Source of the DNA: a virus
Reading direction: 5' to 3' (one strand)
DNA: 64,000 nucleotides
IMG/VR virus record: IMGVR_UViG_3300024265_000041
Location: 20,256 to 84,255 of that record
Every line of letters starts with the position of its first letter. Positions within the stretch are counted from its first letter, which is position 1. Shown here in pieces: positions 63,393 to 64,000 of this stretch. The position numbers were made by a program, and so were the translations under genes. A model generated the notes under the pieces. It was not told the origin of the DNA. It worked only from the letters and a program-made list of their open reading frames with translations, and made no database searches.

Positions 63393-63682
63393 GCTTGACT
63401 ACTCCAAGAGTGATCATCCTTTGAAAACATTATACCACCGTTCAGGATACTATCCCCTTTCTCGTTGAAGTAAGCAAACGGCCAAACATATTGGCCACGA
63501 TTTTTCTTGATCGGTAAATCAGAAGACGGGAATATAACTAACCAGTAATCCTCATGGCTTTGCTTTATTTTATTAATAAGAAGATGATTCAACTCCTCTA
63601 TGGACTGAGTAGTTGCCGCAGTCTGTAGCATTTCTTTGATAGCGGATAACATGCGCTCCGCGTTTTCCTGTTGTAAGTTCAT
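63389..63682 (-). CDS. Hypothetical protein
   Basis: AGGAG RBS; NGGI.F...WS. Confidence 0.55.
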   Translation of the reverse strand: MNLQQENAERMLSAIKEMLQTAATTQSIEELNHLLINKIKQSHEDYWLVIFPSSDLPIKKNRGQYVWPFAYFNEKGDSILNGGIMFSKDDHSWSSQA

Positions 63683-63715
63683 TTCGTTTTTCTCCTAAGT
63701 AAAAACAAACTTGAT

Positions 63716-63737
63716 GTTTCGTACATTTGTACGAAAC
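63716..63737. promoter_or_regulatory. Palindromic element, copy 2
   Basis: GTTTCGTAC-ATTT-GTACGAAAC, perfect 9-bp arms. Confidence 0.65.
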
Positions 63738-63743
63738 TTTTAA

Positions 63744-64000
63744 TTACTTTAGTTTTCCTTCCCATACAATTTCTGCATCTTTACCGCAATGCAACCTCCA
63801 AAGCTTACCATCAAAAGATGGGATATACCCAGCCTCCCAAAGGTCAATGCAGGATTGAAATTTATTTTCTCCTTGTGATTTTTTATGGAAAATAGATGAT
63901 ATGTAAGCCCACACAGAATCCCACACAGAATCCCACACAGAACCCCACACAGAATCCCACACAGAACCCCACACAGAACCCCTCACAGAACCCCTCACAG
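63744..64000 (-). CDS. SV(W/R)(D/G) tetrapeptide-repeat protein, partial (5' end outside window)
   Basis: 12-nt repeats TCTGTGTGGGAT/GGT; C-terminal AYI.S.F...LWE.G.IPSFDGK.WRLH. Confidence 0.7.
   Translation of the reverse strand, partial: VRGSVRGSVWGSVWDSVWGSVWDSVWDSVWAYISSIFHKKSQGENKFQSCIDLWEAGYIPSFDGKLWRLHCGKDAEIVWEGKLK

Noticed and set aside
1-64000. Genome-wide stop-codon reassignment
   Set aside because: Long genes are intact in the standard code, there is no suppressor tRNA, and only one in-frame TAG junction was seen.

Overview
This 64-kb window is part of an AT-rich tailed dsDNA phage genome (siphovirus-type tail). The two-component spanins point to a Gram-negative host, and the 283-aa ThyA type suggests a gammaproteobacterium. 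The + arm (1-21812) is late/structural: C-terminal part of the tape measure, Dit, hub, NlpC/P60-like protein, tip protein J, a tailspike-like protein with an intact PhoD alkaline phosphatase domain at its C-terminus, an S74-chaperoned tail fibre, a lysis cassette (DUF5675 enzyme, holin, spanins), three tandem paralogues and a 931-aa repeat protein. The - arm (21813-64000) holds replication/recombination genes (SbcCD, resolvase, exonuclease, Pol A, SSB-like protein, SNF2 helicase, primase-helicase), a displaced structural cassette, a Top6A/Spo11-like protein, ligase, Dam-like methylase, thyA, tRNA-Pro, a mazG-like gene and many small early genes, several of them broken. The top finding is non-coding. 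At 52797-52854 (-) there is a 58-nt copy of the 23S rRNA uL11-binding/GTPase-associated centre (helices 43-44), mounted on a non-rRNA carrier stem. It lies next to a second long-stemmed RNA, the mazG-like gene, tRNA-Pro and a third structured RNA. Together these form a candidate rRNA-mimic (decoy) module acting on translation or the stringent response. All family assignments come from motif recognition by eye, and rRNA comparisons use recalled E. coli sequence; no searches were run.
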